A DNA stretch of 64,000 nt, taken from a virus (Duplodnaviria; Heunggongvirae; Uroviricota; Caudoviricetes). The notes under the pieces were generated by a model. It ran no database searches. It saw only the letters and a list, made by a program, of their open reading frames with translations, and was not told where the DNA came from. A program made the translations under genes and the position numbers. The DNA lies in the IMG/VR virus record IMGVR_UViG_3300028048_001599; one strand, written 5' to 3'. Of the stretch, positions 1 to 10,258 are shown in pieces (position 1 is the first letter of the stretch; each line of letters begins with the position of its first letter).

Positions 1-3000
1 GGTAGTAATACTTTAAGAGGTTATCCAATATACATGCAAACAGGAGGTAATTGTGGGCATAGTACGGCATATTCTTGTGCTGGTTTCAGTAATACTGAAA
101 AGGCTAAAAATATAGGTTATTTGAAGGCTGAAGCTAAAAACCAGAAGGACAAAAATAAGTATGTACGTTCGATGCAATACGAGATGCTTGATGGTTCTAC
201 TGTGGTAAAGTATAGCCCGGGTGGTGGTAAAAGTAGTACAATTTATTTGGAGGATTGTTTATCACAAGTTGTATCAGAGTTAGATTCCGGTGCATTAACT
301 CAATTTGATGCTATAGCCTTTTGGTATTTTTATACAAGAATGGCATTAGGTGTTGCGAGAGATAAAGTAAACTTAGGTGGTACAAGTACTGGTAATAGTG
401 ATTTGGGTGATGCAATGAATGATGTAATAACAAATGGATATAAAAACCAAAACCATGGTTATCAGGGAGACCAACTAAAACATGAAAAAATGTTACAACA
501 TGGTTATGTCGTAGCTTTGGCATGCATATATGGTCATAAATCTGTACCTGTAAAAAGTATTACAGGTTCAGAATTTAAGAAAGTAAGTAATTATTCTGAT
601 TTGGACATATCCTGGAAGGACGACCTCACTTCTATAGTCATTGATCGTATGGAAGGTTTATGTATAGATTATAAAATTAAAGAAAATGGCATGAATAAAA
701 CAACTTCGGGGTATGTTGCATTTACAGTGCAAGATTTTTTGGCATTGTATCAGAAAGTAGAAACCTTATTAGATAATGATAACACGGCTAAAGAATATAT
801 GACTTCTACGGTTAAGCATATAAACTTAACTAGTGGAAATAGCGGTTCGTTAGGTTGGGTAGCCGGTAAGTCAAAAGATAGAGGAAATAATATGGGTCTT
901 GTACGTATGATAGACTATATATACCCTGTTAGAACTAATGGCAATCAGATAAAAGAACATGCTAAAAGGTTGAATAATGACGGTAGTTACACAGAAGGCG
1001 ATTACCGAGTATTCGGAGGCTGGGGTTACTACCCATTTAAAGCAGAACCTGAGGAAGAAAAATACAAACAAATAAGTGTTGCTGCACCAGATAAAACACA
1101 GATAGCCACGGAAATTACTTATAATGCTTATTTAAGTGACTCAGATAAGTTTGATGCAGGTAACACATCAACATCTAACTCATTGGCAGAACGTGAAAGT
1201 ATGGGTGCTAACTCACACGTAATGACTGACACAGTATACATGTCTGATGTTGTTGACTTATATAAAATTCTTGGCAATGATATAGACATTAATAAAAACA
1301 AGGCATACCTACTAACTATAGTTAATAAGTCAATAAAATTATCTGCGCCCACAAAAAACACTACTTACAACTTAGCAAGATTACAATACCAGATTACAAG
1401 TGCAAACGGTGAGTATTCATCAACAGGTATGGGTACTGACAAGAGTAGTACTAGAACATTAATGCCAAAAAATGCTCCCTATACTGCGAATGACACACAG
1501 CTACGTAATGGTAGTATTGCAGTAAAAGGTTCAGACATACTTTACGCACTCGGTCGAGGTAATGAAGTTAGTTCAGATTACGCAGAACACTGGGTAAATG
1601 GTTTATGGCATCCGGCTGAGTTTAGACTTCGTAAGCGTATAAATAAAACAAATGATGGACTTAAAGAAGGTTATTATAACGTAGCAAAAGGTAAGACTTA
1701 TTATACTGCTAAAAAAAGTTCAGATGGTTCTGCACAGATTGTATCACATACAGCTACCAAGGATGACCAGAAGGTTTATTACCAAATTGCATATTATTCC
1801 AATGGAAAATTCTACTTATATCCAAATAATACTAATAATAACAATGTAAAAAATTCAGGATATAAGGGTGGTAAAACAACTGATGATGCATTGTACACTA
1901 CAGCTAACAGTACTAATTGGGCAAAAGATAACGGACATTGGGGTACTTTTAATGTTGATGATACTTCTATTTATTCCGAGAATGTTGGTTATGTTCTTAT
2001 AAACGGAAAATGGGAGCCATTTGTGTTTGAAAAGGATGGTAGTACTGTAAAATGTTATTATTGCCCTGTTGTGTGCTGCACTAACTTGTTAGTTCAAATC
2101 AAAGCAGATTACTTAGCAACATTTGCAGAAAAACTAAGTAATGGTAATGATAATCCAAATTATAAAAATACTTTCCAATCAGTGCCTATAAAGTCTTATT
2201 TACTGGCACAAAATCATAATACTGATAACTTTGTTCAAAATGGTAAAACATTATATTCTATGTTAGACTTGTATTGTAACAATACTTGGGGTACATTGGT
2301 TTCACGTAACTTCTCTATTCAAAATAATTCAGGTTCTATTGTAAAATTACCTGACAATTCATCGGAAAACTCAGTAGAAAGGTATGAAACAGGTAAGGGT
2401 GCATATAAAGACTGGTTAGCACATAAAACTAGCGATAATACATGGGTAACTGCTTCTACGAATAATTTACTTGGCTCAGATTTGTTAAAATTAAGTTATG
2501 TTTCTGCTATAGATAAGACAAGACCTATTTATGCTGAGACAACTGCTGGTTGTTCTACCTATGTAAATACACAGTTAGCTACAAAAATGAGGATTTATAA
2601 TGCATCTAACGTTAAACAAGGTAGTGACAAAACTGTTTATAAGACTTCTAATTTGTTGTGGACAAAGCAAAATGCAGCATCCACGAGTGATGAAAACCGT
2701 TTTGACTCTATACTGTGGGCGGCTAACGACGAAATAGCACCTGCGGAAGGTGCTATGTATATGGGTGGTAAAGTAAACTATGCAAACTTAACGTCTAATG
2801 CTAGTGATACTGGTATAATTTATACTAGCGACATATCTGCTGATGTACCCAGGTATTTTGGTTTAGAAAATCGGTATATAGAAAACTACTTTACAAAGAT
2901 GTTAGTTCACTATAATGCTATAGTCTACCAATCAAAAGCAGGTACTTCTGCAGCTCCTGTATTAGCATTATGGGTTGGTTCATCAAAAGCTGGTTTTACA

Positions 3001-4902
3001 AGTAGTTATTTACCAAACTCCAGTAAGATGACTAGTACTGGTAACACACCAGTGAATAAGGGCTTTGTTCGTTTTGGTGAGGTTGGTATAAAAAGTATCA
3101 ATGGTACATCAAATATTGAATATAATAAGTATCATTATAAATCACTTGTAAATAATAGAGGGACAAATGGTGTATCTATAGAAAACATTGAGTCAAATAC
3201 AAATGTTTCTAAGTCAGTACTTGGTAGTGGTTTTGACGGTAGAGATTACACATTTGCAGAACCTGTAACACAAAGTGGTTACGACGTTCCACTGAAGTTA
3301 GACTTGAATGTATATAGTACAATAGACAAGGGCAAAGCATCCTACGATACTACATATACCTATGATAGTTCTAATAAGGTTATAACACAGACATATCAGT
3401 ATAAGAATACCACAACTGGTATAGCTTCTGGAGACTTACAAAGAGATAGCAATAATAACGTATATTTAGGGCTTTATCCTGAAGTTGTTATGTGGTCAGA
3501 GAATGATAGAAGTAACGGTGCATCTCTTGCATACACTTCTTCAATAGCTGTTGGTGAAGAAAAACGTTACATTCCTGCAATGACATATACTAAGGCAGAG
3601 TTTAATGAAGGTTCAATCACCGCAAGAGTAACAGGTACAGCTGTAGCTTTTGACACAAGAGCGAAAGCACTTGCAGCACGTTTAGGTTCAGCATCAGCAA
3701 ACACTCAGGTACTCTACAGTGGTTCAGCATTAAAGATGGCTTTCAAAGCAGATACAGCAGGTAAATTAACTGCTTACTCACTTAAATTCAACGGTCGTGT
3801 ATCTAACACGATAGTAGACGATTGGGGTAACTCAGCATACAGTGCAAGTCTTGCAGCTACCGCAGCTATGTCAAAATTGGCAGGCAACCTTGAGGGTTCA
3901 ATTAACAAGAAATTAGGTATTTATAATGGTTCTGCCCTCAAAGTAATAAATATGAATAGTTCAAGTTCCGCAAAAGCACTTACAGTATCATCACCAACAT
4001 ATACGAGTAATTATTACAATTTAATAATTCGTAATGGTCAGGTAACTGAGGTACAGCAACGCAAGTCATTAAGTGATGGTAATTATAGTGAACAAGGTAC
4101 ATACACTATATCACACAACAGAACCAATGCAGCTGGTAACTTAAGTTATGAGAATACTCAGGGTATAACTCGTATAACACTTACTCATAATAATACATCA
4201 TTCTATCTAAACTTCGACTCAAATGGTGCATTTGTAAATAATGCACATTTATCATACCCGTTAAATGACACAACTAAGGATAAAATCAATAAGATATTAA
4301 AAGTTTATGAAATACTCTCAGGTATGCGTTTATTAACTGTGGATGAACGAGAAGTATCAGAATCCAAGCGTTCTGTATTAAATGCTTGTTTTAACAATGG
4401 TGCAGAGAGTGCAGGTGTTACTACAAATACTGCTGAAAAATTACCTGATAATAATGCTTTCCAAACATGGATAAATGGACATAATGCCACATACAATAAT
4501 CGTTATACTAAGAGTGGTAACTCATACTTTGAGGATACATCCGTACTTCAGGTTATAGAGTACACTGCTGACCTTTCTATCAAGGATAGCAGCACAGCAA
4601 CAGAACAACTACCACTCACACTTGGACCTGAAACACCTAGTGATAAGAACAAATACTTCTCTAATGGTTACAAAGGTTTCGTAATGGCATCTCTTGAAAT
4701 CAAAGGTAAGAGCACAGCACCCGCAAGTATTAAAGACAAAGTTGTAGCTAAGGCATCAACAAAGCATACAGATAAAAATAATTCAAGTACAAAGTATGAC
4801 TTGACCTCAGGTACTCAGGCACAAAAGAACTCTTGGGCTTCAAGTGCAATCCCAGACTTCATCATAGCTGACGTAACAATAAACGAGGCAACAACATACT
4901 AA
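1..4902 (+). CDS. Very large Ser/Thr/Asn-rich secreted or surface protein, probably 5'-truncated by the window edge
   Basis: Frame 1 is open from base 1 through the ORF-track ATG at 34 to TAA at 4902 (>=1622 aa). Composition is extracellular-like, no family recognised, and a terminator follows. Confidence 0.75.
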   Translation, partial: GSNTLRGYPIYMQTGGNCGHSTAYSCAGFSNTEKAKNIGYLKAEAKNQKDKNKYVRSMQYEMLDGSTVVKYSPGGGKSSTIYLEDCLSQVVSELDSGALTQFDAIAFWYFYTRMALGVARDKVNLGGTSTGNSDLGDAMNDVITNGYKNQNHGYQGDQLKHEKMLQHGYVVALACIYGHKSVPVKSITGSEFKKVSNYSDLDISWKDDLTSIVIDRMEGLCIDYKIKENGMNKTTSGYVAFTVQDFLALYQKVETLLDNDNTAKEYMTSTVKHINLTSGNSGSLGWVAGKSKDRGNNMGLVRMIDYIYPVRTNGNQIKEHAKRLNNDGSYTEGDYRVFGGWGYYPFKAEPEEEKYKQISVAAPDKTQIATEITYNAYLSDSDKFDAGNTSTSNSLAERESMGANSHVMTDTVYMSDVVDLYKILGNDIDINKNKAYLLTIVNKSIKLSAPTKNTTYNLARLQYQITSANGEYSSTGMGTDKSSTRTLMPKNAPYTANDTQLRNGSIAVKGSDILYALGRGNEVSSDYAEHWVNGLWHPAEFRLRKRINKTNDGLKEGYYNVAKGKTYYTAKKSSDGSAQIVSHTATKDDQKVYYQIAYYSNGKFYLYPNNTNNNNVKNSGYKGGKTTDDALYTTANSTNWAKDNGHWGTFNVDDTSIYSENVGYVLINGKWEPFVFEKDGSTVKCYYCPVVCCTNLLVQIKADYLATFAEKLSNGNDNPNYKNTFQSVPIKSYLLAQNHNTDNFVQNGKTLYSMLDLYCNNTWGTLVSRNFSIQNNSGSIVKLPDNSSENSVERYETGKGAYKDWLAHKTSDNTWVTASTNNLLGSDLLKLSYVSAIDKTRPIYAETTAGCSTYVNTQLATKMRIYNASNVKQGSDKTVYKTSNLLWTKQNAASTSDENRFDSILWAANDEIAPAEGAMYMGGKVNYANLTSNASDTGIIYTSDISADVPRYFGLENRYIENYFTKMLVHYNAIVYQSKAGTSAAPVLALWVGSSKAGFTSSYLPNSSKMTSTGNTPVNKGFVRFGEVGIKSINGTSNIEYNKYHYKSLVNNRGTNGVSIENIESNTNVSKSVLGSGFDGRDYTFAEPVTQSGYDVPLKLDLNVYSTIDKGKASYDTTYTYDSSNKVITQTYQYKNTTTGIASGDLQRDSNNNVYLGLYPEVVMWSENDRSNGASLAYTSSIAVGEEKRYIPAMTYTKAEFNEGSITARVTGTAVAFDTRAKALAARLGSASANTQVLYSGSALKMAFKADTAGKLTAYSLKFNGRVSNTIVDDWGNSAYSASLAATAAMSKLAGNLEGSINKKLGIYNGSALKVINMNSSSSAKALTVSSPTYTSNYYNLIIRNGQVTEVQQRKSLSDGNYSEQGTYTISHNRTNAAGNLSYENTQGITRITLTHNNTSFYLNFDSNGAFVNNAHLSYPLNDTTKDKINKILKVYEILSGMRLLTVDEREVSESKRSVLNACFNNGAESAGVTTNTAEKLPDNNAFQTWINGHNATYNNRYTKSGNSYFEDTSVLQVIEYTADLSIKDSSTATEQLPLTLGPETPSDKNKYFSNGYKGFVMASLEIKGKSTAPASIKDKVVAKASTKHTDKNNSSTKYDLTSGTQAQKNSWASSAIPDFIIADVTINEATTY

Positions 4903-4929
4903 CGAAATGCATCACATTTCATTAAAGGT

Positions 4930-4952
4930 AGCACCCTACATTGTAGGGTGCT
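4930..4952 (+). terminator. Rho-independent terminator
   Basis: Inverted repeat AGCACCCTACA-T-TGTAGGGTGCT followed by a T-rich run, just after the stop at 4902. Confidence 0.8.
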
Positions 4953-4995
4953 CCTTAATTTTTACATAAACCACTGTAGTTTATAATAAGTAGAG

Positions 4996-5211
4996 GTGAT
5001 AAAGATGTTTCATCTATTAGAAATAGCAATAGGGGTAGCCACATGTTTGATAATAGTAGTACTAGTATCGTTCATTTCAGTGCTATGTATAAAGCGTATT
5101 GACAACAAACTTGGTGACAACTTCATTCAGCAAAACCAAAGCGATAATGGTGTGCCTATTGACACAAAGTATTTAAAAATAACAAACAGTAAAGAGGATG
5201 ATAAATTATAG
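4996..5211 (+). CDS. Small single-pass membrane protein
   Basis: 71 aa, N-terminal hydrophobic helix, GAGGTG at the start. Confidence 0.55.
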   Translation: MIKMFHLLEIAIGVATCLIIVVLVSFISVLCIKRIDNKLGDNFIQQNQSDNGVPIDTKYLKITNSKEDDKL

Positions 5212-5421
5212 GTAGTAATAATATCACCTATGAACTTATTGAAATACAAGAAGTCTGGTGAAAAAGTAGTCAATGCAGTTGTTGCAAACAATGGGACTGG
5301 CTATATTATACGTTCAACTTCCACCAGACCCTTCAGAACAATTTAGCTATATGTAATAAATTTTCAACACTTTATCAGATAATTCAAAGATATGAAAAAT
5401 CTGTAGATAAGGAGTGTTAAA

Positions 5422-7221
5422 ATGCAGTGGTGGAAAGACTTAATAAAGTGGTGTAAAGAGCACTGGAAGTTAGTGTTAATAACAACAATAGGGGTAGTCG
5501 CAGCCTATCTTGTCATATTCTTTTGTTTCTTTTACGATAGCACAGAGATTAAGGAAGTGTCATACAATCAGTTTTTAGATTATGTAGAAACTGGAGCTGT
5601 TGACACAGTCTATTATAATAAGAACGTGGAGTATATAACCTTTACAATGTATAATGACGATACAAGGGGGTTATCCAAAGAGGAACGAAAGGATTATAAT
5701 TACAAAAATGAGGATAAGCGTAAGGTATTAAATCCCAACAAAGACACGTTCCGTGAGGACATGCTGTTAAAGGATGTAAACATTGTGAAGACCGATGACA
5801 ACAAGGAACTCATTTCAGCAATTCTGAGTCTTATAACGACAATTGCTATATACATTATAATAATCAAATTAATGATGAGCATAATGGTACCAGGTAGCAA
5901 CATTAATGAAAAAGACATGATACAGAAAACCGATGTCACCTTTGATGATATCATAGGACATGATGAAATCATAAATGACGTCAAATTTATCACGGAATTA
6001 ATCAAGCACCCTGAGAAGGGTGAGAAAATAGGTGCTAAATTGCCACACGGTATCTTATTAGAAGGACCTCCTGGTACTGGTAAGACACTAATAGCAAAAG
6101 CAATTGCACATGAGGCTGATGTACCGTTCATAAATCAAAATGCATCTGGGTTCATTGAGATGTATGTAGGTCTTGGTGCAAAACGTGTAAGGAGTTTGTT
6201 TAAACTTGCAAAGAAAAAAGCACCATGTATCATATTCATCGATGAAATCGATGCAATAGGGGTAGCCCGTGACTCAAAGAATAGTCACAGTGAAAATGAG
6301 CAAACGATAAACGCACTGCTTCAAGAAATGGACGGTTTTGGAACTGCCGATAACATATTTGTAATCGCAGCTACAAATAGAGCTGACGCACTGGATAAAG
6401 CACTTGTTAGGTCAGGTAGATTTGACCGAAGGATAGTTGTTAATCCACCGAGGGATTGGACAGTAAGACGTGACTTGTTTAATCATTACCTTGATAAATA
6501 TAAGGTTGCCGATGATTTGGATATTGATACATTGGCAAAGCAAACATCAGGGTTCACAGGTGCTGATATAGCGATGGTATGTAACGAGGCAAGTATAATA
6601 GCTGTAATGGCAGATAGTGAGGTCATCAATAAGGACGACTTAGAGAGTGCTATTGATAGGAAGATATTCAGGGGTAACCGTTCAAAGGCTGAGACAGACA
6701 CGTCAGATAGGCAAATAGTAGCATATCATGAGGCTGGTCACGCAGTAATGACATGGTTACTTGGTAGACCAATAGCACGTGCAAGTATTCAATCAACAAC
6801 AAGTGGGGTAGGCGGAGCTGTATTCAGAGAAGACACGACATCGAAGTTTACTTCTAATAAAGACTTGAGAGAACTGGTAATGATAGCTTACGCAGGTAGA
6901 GCTTCCGAGGACATCAAGTTCAAATCTCTGTCTGACGGTGCAAGTAATGATATTACAAAGGCAACTGAGATGATGACAGAGTATATTGAGCGTCTTGGGT
7001 TTGATGATGATTTTGGTCTACTGGACATGGGGGTACTCAGCAGAGAACACTTGTTAGACAGCAAAGACATAACTAAAAAATTATCACAGATGTCTAAGGA
7101 ATTGTACACTGAGTGTAAGCAAAAGCTAAACGATAACTATGGTAAGGTCGAGACATTGGCTCAAAGTTTACTTGATTGTAACACATTAAGTGGTGACGAA
7201 ATAGATAAATTACTACAATAA
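5422..7221 (+). CDS. ftsH: ATP-dependent zinc metalloprotease FtsH
   Basis: Two N-terminal TM helices, Walker A GPPGTGKT, Walker B IIFIDEID, pore motif FIEMYVG, SRH TNRADALDKALVRSGRFDR, M41 zinc motif HEAGH. RBS AAGGAG. Confidence 0.95.
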   Translation: MQWWKDLIKWCKEHWKLVLITTIGVVAAYLVIFFCFFYDSTEIKEVSYNQFLDYVETGAVDTVYYNKNVEYITFTMYNDDTRGLSKEERKDYNYKNEDKRKVLNPNKDTFREDMLLKDVNIVKTDDNKELISAILSLITTIAIYIIIIKLMMSIMVPGSNINEKDMIQKTDVTFDDIIGHDEIINDVKFITELIKHPEKGEKIGAKLPHGILLEGPPGTGKTLIAKAIAHEADVPFINQNASGFIEMYVGLGAKRVRSLFKLAKKKAPCIIFIDEIDAIGVARDSKNSHSENEQTINALLQEMDGFGTADNIFVIAATNRADALDKALVRSGRFDRRIVVNPPRDWTVRRDLFNHYLDKYKVADDLDIDTLAKQTSGFTGADIAMVCNEASIIAVMADSEVINKDDLESAIDRKIFRGNRSKAETDTSDRQIVAYHEAGHAVMTWLLGRPIARASIQSTTSGVGGAVFREDTTSKFTSNKDLRELVMIAYAGRASEDIKFKSLSDGASNDITKATEMMTEYIERLGFDDDFGLLDMGVLSREHLLDSKDITKKLSQMSKELYTECKQKLNDNYGKVETLAQSLLDCNTLSGDEIDKLLQ

Positions 7222-7232
7222 TCATCAGTAAT

Positions 7233-7263
7233 AGACCGTCCTTAAATATTTAAGGACGGTTTT
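7233..7263 (+). terminator. Rho-independent terminator after ftsH
   Basis: ACCGTCCTTAAA-TA-TTTAAGGACGGT followed by TTT. Confidence 0.8.
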
Positions 7264-7284
7264 AAATTTAGTTAGCACATGGTA

Positions 7285-7313
7285 TTGACATTTTAAGAAA
7301 AATATGGTATAAT
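7285..7313 (+). promoter_or_regulatory. Consensus sigma-A promoter with extended -10
   Basis: TTGACA(7285)-N17-TATAAT(7308), TG at -15/-14. Confidence 0.85.
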
Positions 7314-7319
7314 TATATG

Positions 7320-7450
7320 TAATAATGGGTAAAATAGAGGGGTATAGCTCGATTTTACGCCTGTGAAGTTAATAGGTTACGAGAACGATGACGTAGGAAG
7401 TTCATTGGCTTTAGACAATGTGTAGTTCACATAGTAGCTATTGTGAGCGT
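7320..7450 (+). ncRNA. Stand-alone IS200/IS605-type TnpB omegaRNA-like scaffold (IS right end) plus putative guide
   Basis: GATTTTACGCCTGTGAAG ... GTAGGAAGTTCATTGGCTTTAGACAATGTGTAGTTCAC resembles the 5' motif and terminal hairpin + GTAGTTCAC end I recall for IS605/IS1341 omegaRNAs. No tnpB is adjacent and it lies directly behind a promoter. Confidence 0.6.
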
Positions 7451-7480
7451 TATAATCAAAATCAAAGAAGGTGATACATA

Positions 7481-9271
7481 ATGTTATCCTATAACAATCT
7501 AAAGAAAATCAATTTACTCAACAAAGAAAACAAAGTACCCTCATGGAGGGTGTCATCATATGGTGTTTCTTTGAGTGTATACTCTGAGTTTTGTTGTATA
7601 ACACGTGGTTCATCTGTGGAACGTATTAAAATCCAGAAATTAATACAAGCTGTGGAGCAAAATAAGATTCATATTCAAAATATAAGTATTCTTAGGAATT
7701 GGATAAATAGTAGAGATGGTCAGGATTCACCTGTTGACAGTGTATCTGTTTACACAGGAAATACTCTTAAAACTCTTGTGGATAACGACTTAAATGATAT
7801 CACGGCAGAACGTGACTTCGTTTCAAGTATATACAAGTATGTAACAAGTAATAGAAATGAAGTTATGGGGGTACATGGACTCCGTGGTGTTGGAAAATCT
7901 ATAGGTCTTATGCAAGTCATAAGGTTGTTAAATGACTTTGATAATACGGTTTACCTTGTAGTAAATCCTGAACAATCATTAGATTACAGCGACTTTTATA
8001 AGTTATTATTTTCAGTTACAAAATATCGAAAATATATTTTTATTGATGAAATCACTTATGTATCAAATTTTATAAATAAGTCAGCAAATCTATATGAAGC
8101 ATTAGTTTTAATGGGTAAACGTGTAGTAATTTGTGGCACTAATTCATTAGCTTTGGTATCTTCTAAATCAGCAGCATTGTACCATAGAATAGGGATATTA
8201 CCTGTTTCTTTTATGTCTTACTTTGAAGCAAAGCGAACTGCTCACATTTCAAATTTTATTGAATATTTGGAGATGGGTGGACTTTATGATAAAGATAGAC
8301 TTGGTAGCTTTTCAGATTTGGAAAATTATATAGATACTTCAGTGGTTGATAATATTGTAGGCACTCTCAGTAAGAACATGGTAACAAGTCATTTGGCGGC
8401 ATTGTATAATTTGTCAATCACTTCTAAAAACATCGGATTAGTCAAGCAGCGAATGAAAACAATTATTTTTAAGATACTATTTGATATTATATTTTCACTC
8501 AGTAAATCCGATATAAAAATAGATATGAATATACTACCGTATTTATTTAATTCATACAGTAGTAGTTCAGACATATATGACACAATAGGGATTGAAAATA
8601 GCTCAATAGGGGTATATGAAACAAGGGTTGTTTTAAAGGCACTTTATGAAATTGGTCTATTAAATAAGGTCGAGAATATAGCAAAATGTGGTGAGTTTAA
8701 GTATTATATTACAAACCAATCTGTTTATAATCAGATGTTATGTCAAATAGTAAACATACCATTTAGAGATGGTTACAGCTTAAACGAGTTTCGTGGTGTT
8801 AAAAGTCGATTGGGTCTACTAATGGAAAGTGCAGTAATAAACCACACGTATGAGATAGTCAGAAAAATGAAGGATATCTCGATATATTATTATCGTGACG
8901 GTAATAAGGAAATTGACTTAATAATTCGTAGACATGTTTATGATTTAGATGACTTAGATAATTATGATAAATACCTATATTATGAAATAAAAATATCATC
9001 AGATACGGCTTATGCATCTATAAAGGCTCAATGGATAACTGATAAATCAATAGGGTCACCTGAAAAGGTTGTAGGTAGGGCAGTAATTTATAACGGTATT
9101 ACAACAGTATATGATGGGGTAACAAAGCCGAAGAAATCAATACCTAATATGTCAACCGAAAAACAAACTCAAATAATGCAAAGAAACAAAGGTTTACAGT
9201 TTATAAATGTCGAGGATTACCTAAGAAATTTACCGTCTTACATTGATGATTTAATGAACGCAAAGTTCTAA
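7481..9271 (+). CDS. AAA+ ATPase (AAA_14/DUF4143-like) with C-terminal nuclease-like motif
   Basis: Walker A GLRGVGKS, Walker B YIFIDEI, C-terminal YYYRD-x3-EIDLI...YEIK typical of DUF4143-type domains. Confidence 0.75.
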   Translation: MLSYNNLKKINLLNKENKVPSWRVSSYGVSLSVYSEFCCITRGSSVERIKIQKLIQAVEQNKIHIQNISILRNWINSRDGQDSPVDSVSVYTGNTLKTLVDNDLNDITAERDFVSSIYKYVTSNRNEVMGVHGLRGVGKSIGLMQVIRLLNDFDNTVYLVVNPEQSLDYSDFYKLLFSVTKYRKYIFIDEITYVSNFINKSANLYEALVLMGKRVVICGTNSLALVSSKSAALYHRIGILPVSFMSYFEAKRTAHISNFIEYLEMGGLYDKDRLGSFSDLENYIDTSVVDNIVGTLSKNMVTSHLAALYNLSITSKNIGLVKQRMKTIIFKILFDIIFSLSKSDIKIDMNILPYLFNSYSSSSDIYDTIGIENSSIGVYETRVVLKALYEIGLLNKVENIAKCGEFKYYITNQSVYNQMLCQIVNIPFRDGYSLNEFRGVKSRLGLLMESAVINHTYEIVRKMKDISIYYYRDGNKEIDLIIRRHVYDLDDLDNYDKYLYYEIKISSDTAYASIKAQWITDKSIGSPEKVVGRAVIYNGITTVYDGVTKPKKSIPNMSTEKQTQIMQRNKGLQFINVEDYLRNLPSYIDDLMNAKF

Positions 9272-9298
9272 TATAGTAAACAAAAAGAAGGAATAAAA

Positions 9299-10177
9299 AT
9301 GACAGAACAGGATGTTAAAACATTAAGGGACACGGTGTTACTGTTAAAAAGTCATTCAGTCACATCGGTTCTGAAATACCTATTAAGTGATATGTGTACA
9401 AACTCAAAGTGTGACCATTGTTATTTTGAGGACGATTGTGATAGTGTAGTTGGGGTATTTGACAAAACAACAAAAATCATGAGTAATTTAGATATGAAGT
9501 TTACATCTGGGGTGTTGTGTCATTCACCCACAGACTTGATAGACTACCCATCAAAGTATAACGCACTTTTAGGAACTACTGTTCAATATATGTGTCAACT
9601 TTATCATTACCAAACAACTAAGGAAATAATTTTTAATGACCTTTTGGCACATGTACCAAGTAAGGTAGATACTCAAGCTGTTATTGAAGCTCTTAGTCAT
9701 GTTACCAACGATATAAACGATTACAGTTCTGTTCGTTGTTTGTTTAAGGCGAGTAGTTTAATACATAGTTTTGATGTTGACAAAATTCCAAATAGTATAA
9801 TATGGGTGGCAATTGAATTAACTAAGCGTTGTGCATCATTCTTAATGTCAAAAGGTTCAATGTACTTTAATAAGCATTTGTTTACCAATTGTAACTATAT
9901 TAATAGTGGGGTAGTTGATTTCAACGGTGATAATGTAGTAATAGACATGAAATGTACCAAATATGAACCTACACTACAAGATAAATGGCAAATCTTAATA
10001 TACGCTGGTATACTTAAGGCATATTATAAGTTTGATATCACTACGGCTTACTTTGTAAATCCTGTTCTTAACAAGTATTATTATTTTGAATGTGAAAAGT
10101 TAAATCATACGGAGGCTATAAAAATTCTTGAAGCATTAACCTTAAACACTGCTGAAAATATTATAGTAAACAGATAA
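9299..10177 (+). CDS. PD-(D/E)XK (RecB/Cas4-like) nuclease-domain protein
   Basis: C-terminal GVVD...VIDMK...QILIY matches RecB-family motifs II/III and QxxxY. N-terminal Cys cluster CxxxxCxxC. Confidence 0.6.
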   Translation: MTEQDVKTLRDTVLLLKSHSVTSVLKYLLSDMCTNSKCDHCYFEDDCDSVVGVFDKTTKIMSNLDMKFTSGVLCHSPTDLIDYPSKYNALLGTTVQYMCQLYHYQTTKEIIFNDLLAHVPSKVDTQAVIEALSHVTNDINDYSSVRCLFKASSLIHSFDVDKIPNSIIWVAIELTKRCASFLMSKGSMYFNKHLFTNCNYINSGVVDFNGDNVVIDMKCTKYEPTLQDKWQILIYAGILKAYYKFDITTAYFVNPVLNKYYYFECEKLNHTEAIKILEALTLNTAENIIVNR

Positions 10178-10195
10178 ATTTTTTATCACATGCTA

Positions 10196-10224
10196 TTGAC
10201 AAAATACGACAAATATGTTATAAT
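10196..10224 (+). promoter_or_regulatory. Consensus sigma-A promoter with extended -10
   Basis: TTGACA(10196)-N17-TATAAT(10219), TGn present. Confidence 0.85.
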
Positions 10225-10258
10225 GGTAATATAAAAATTCAAAGAGGGGATTGATAAA

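Noticed and set aside
5229-5346. 38-codon ORF between the small membrane gene and ftsH
   Set aside because: Weak RBS, too short and no motif; cannot be supported.
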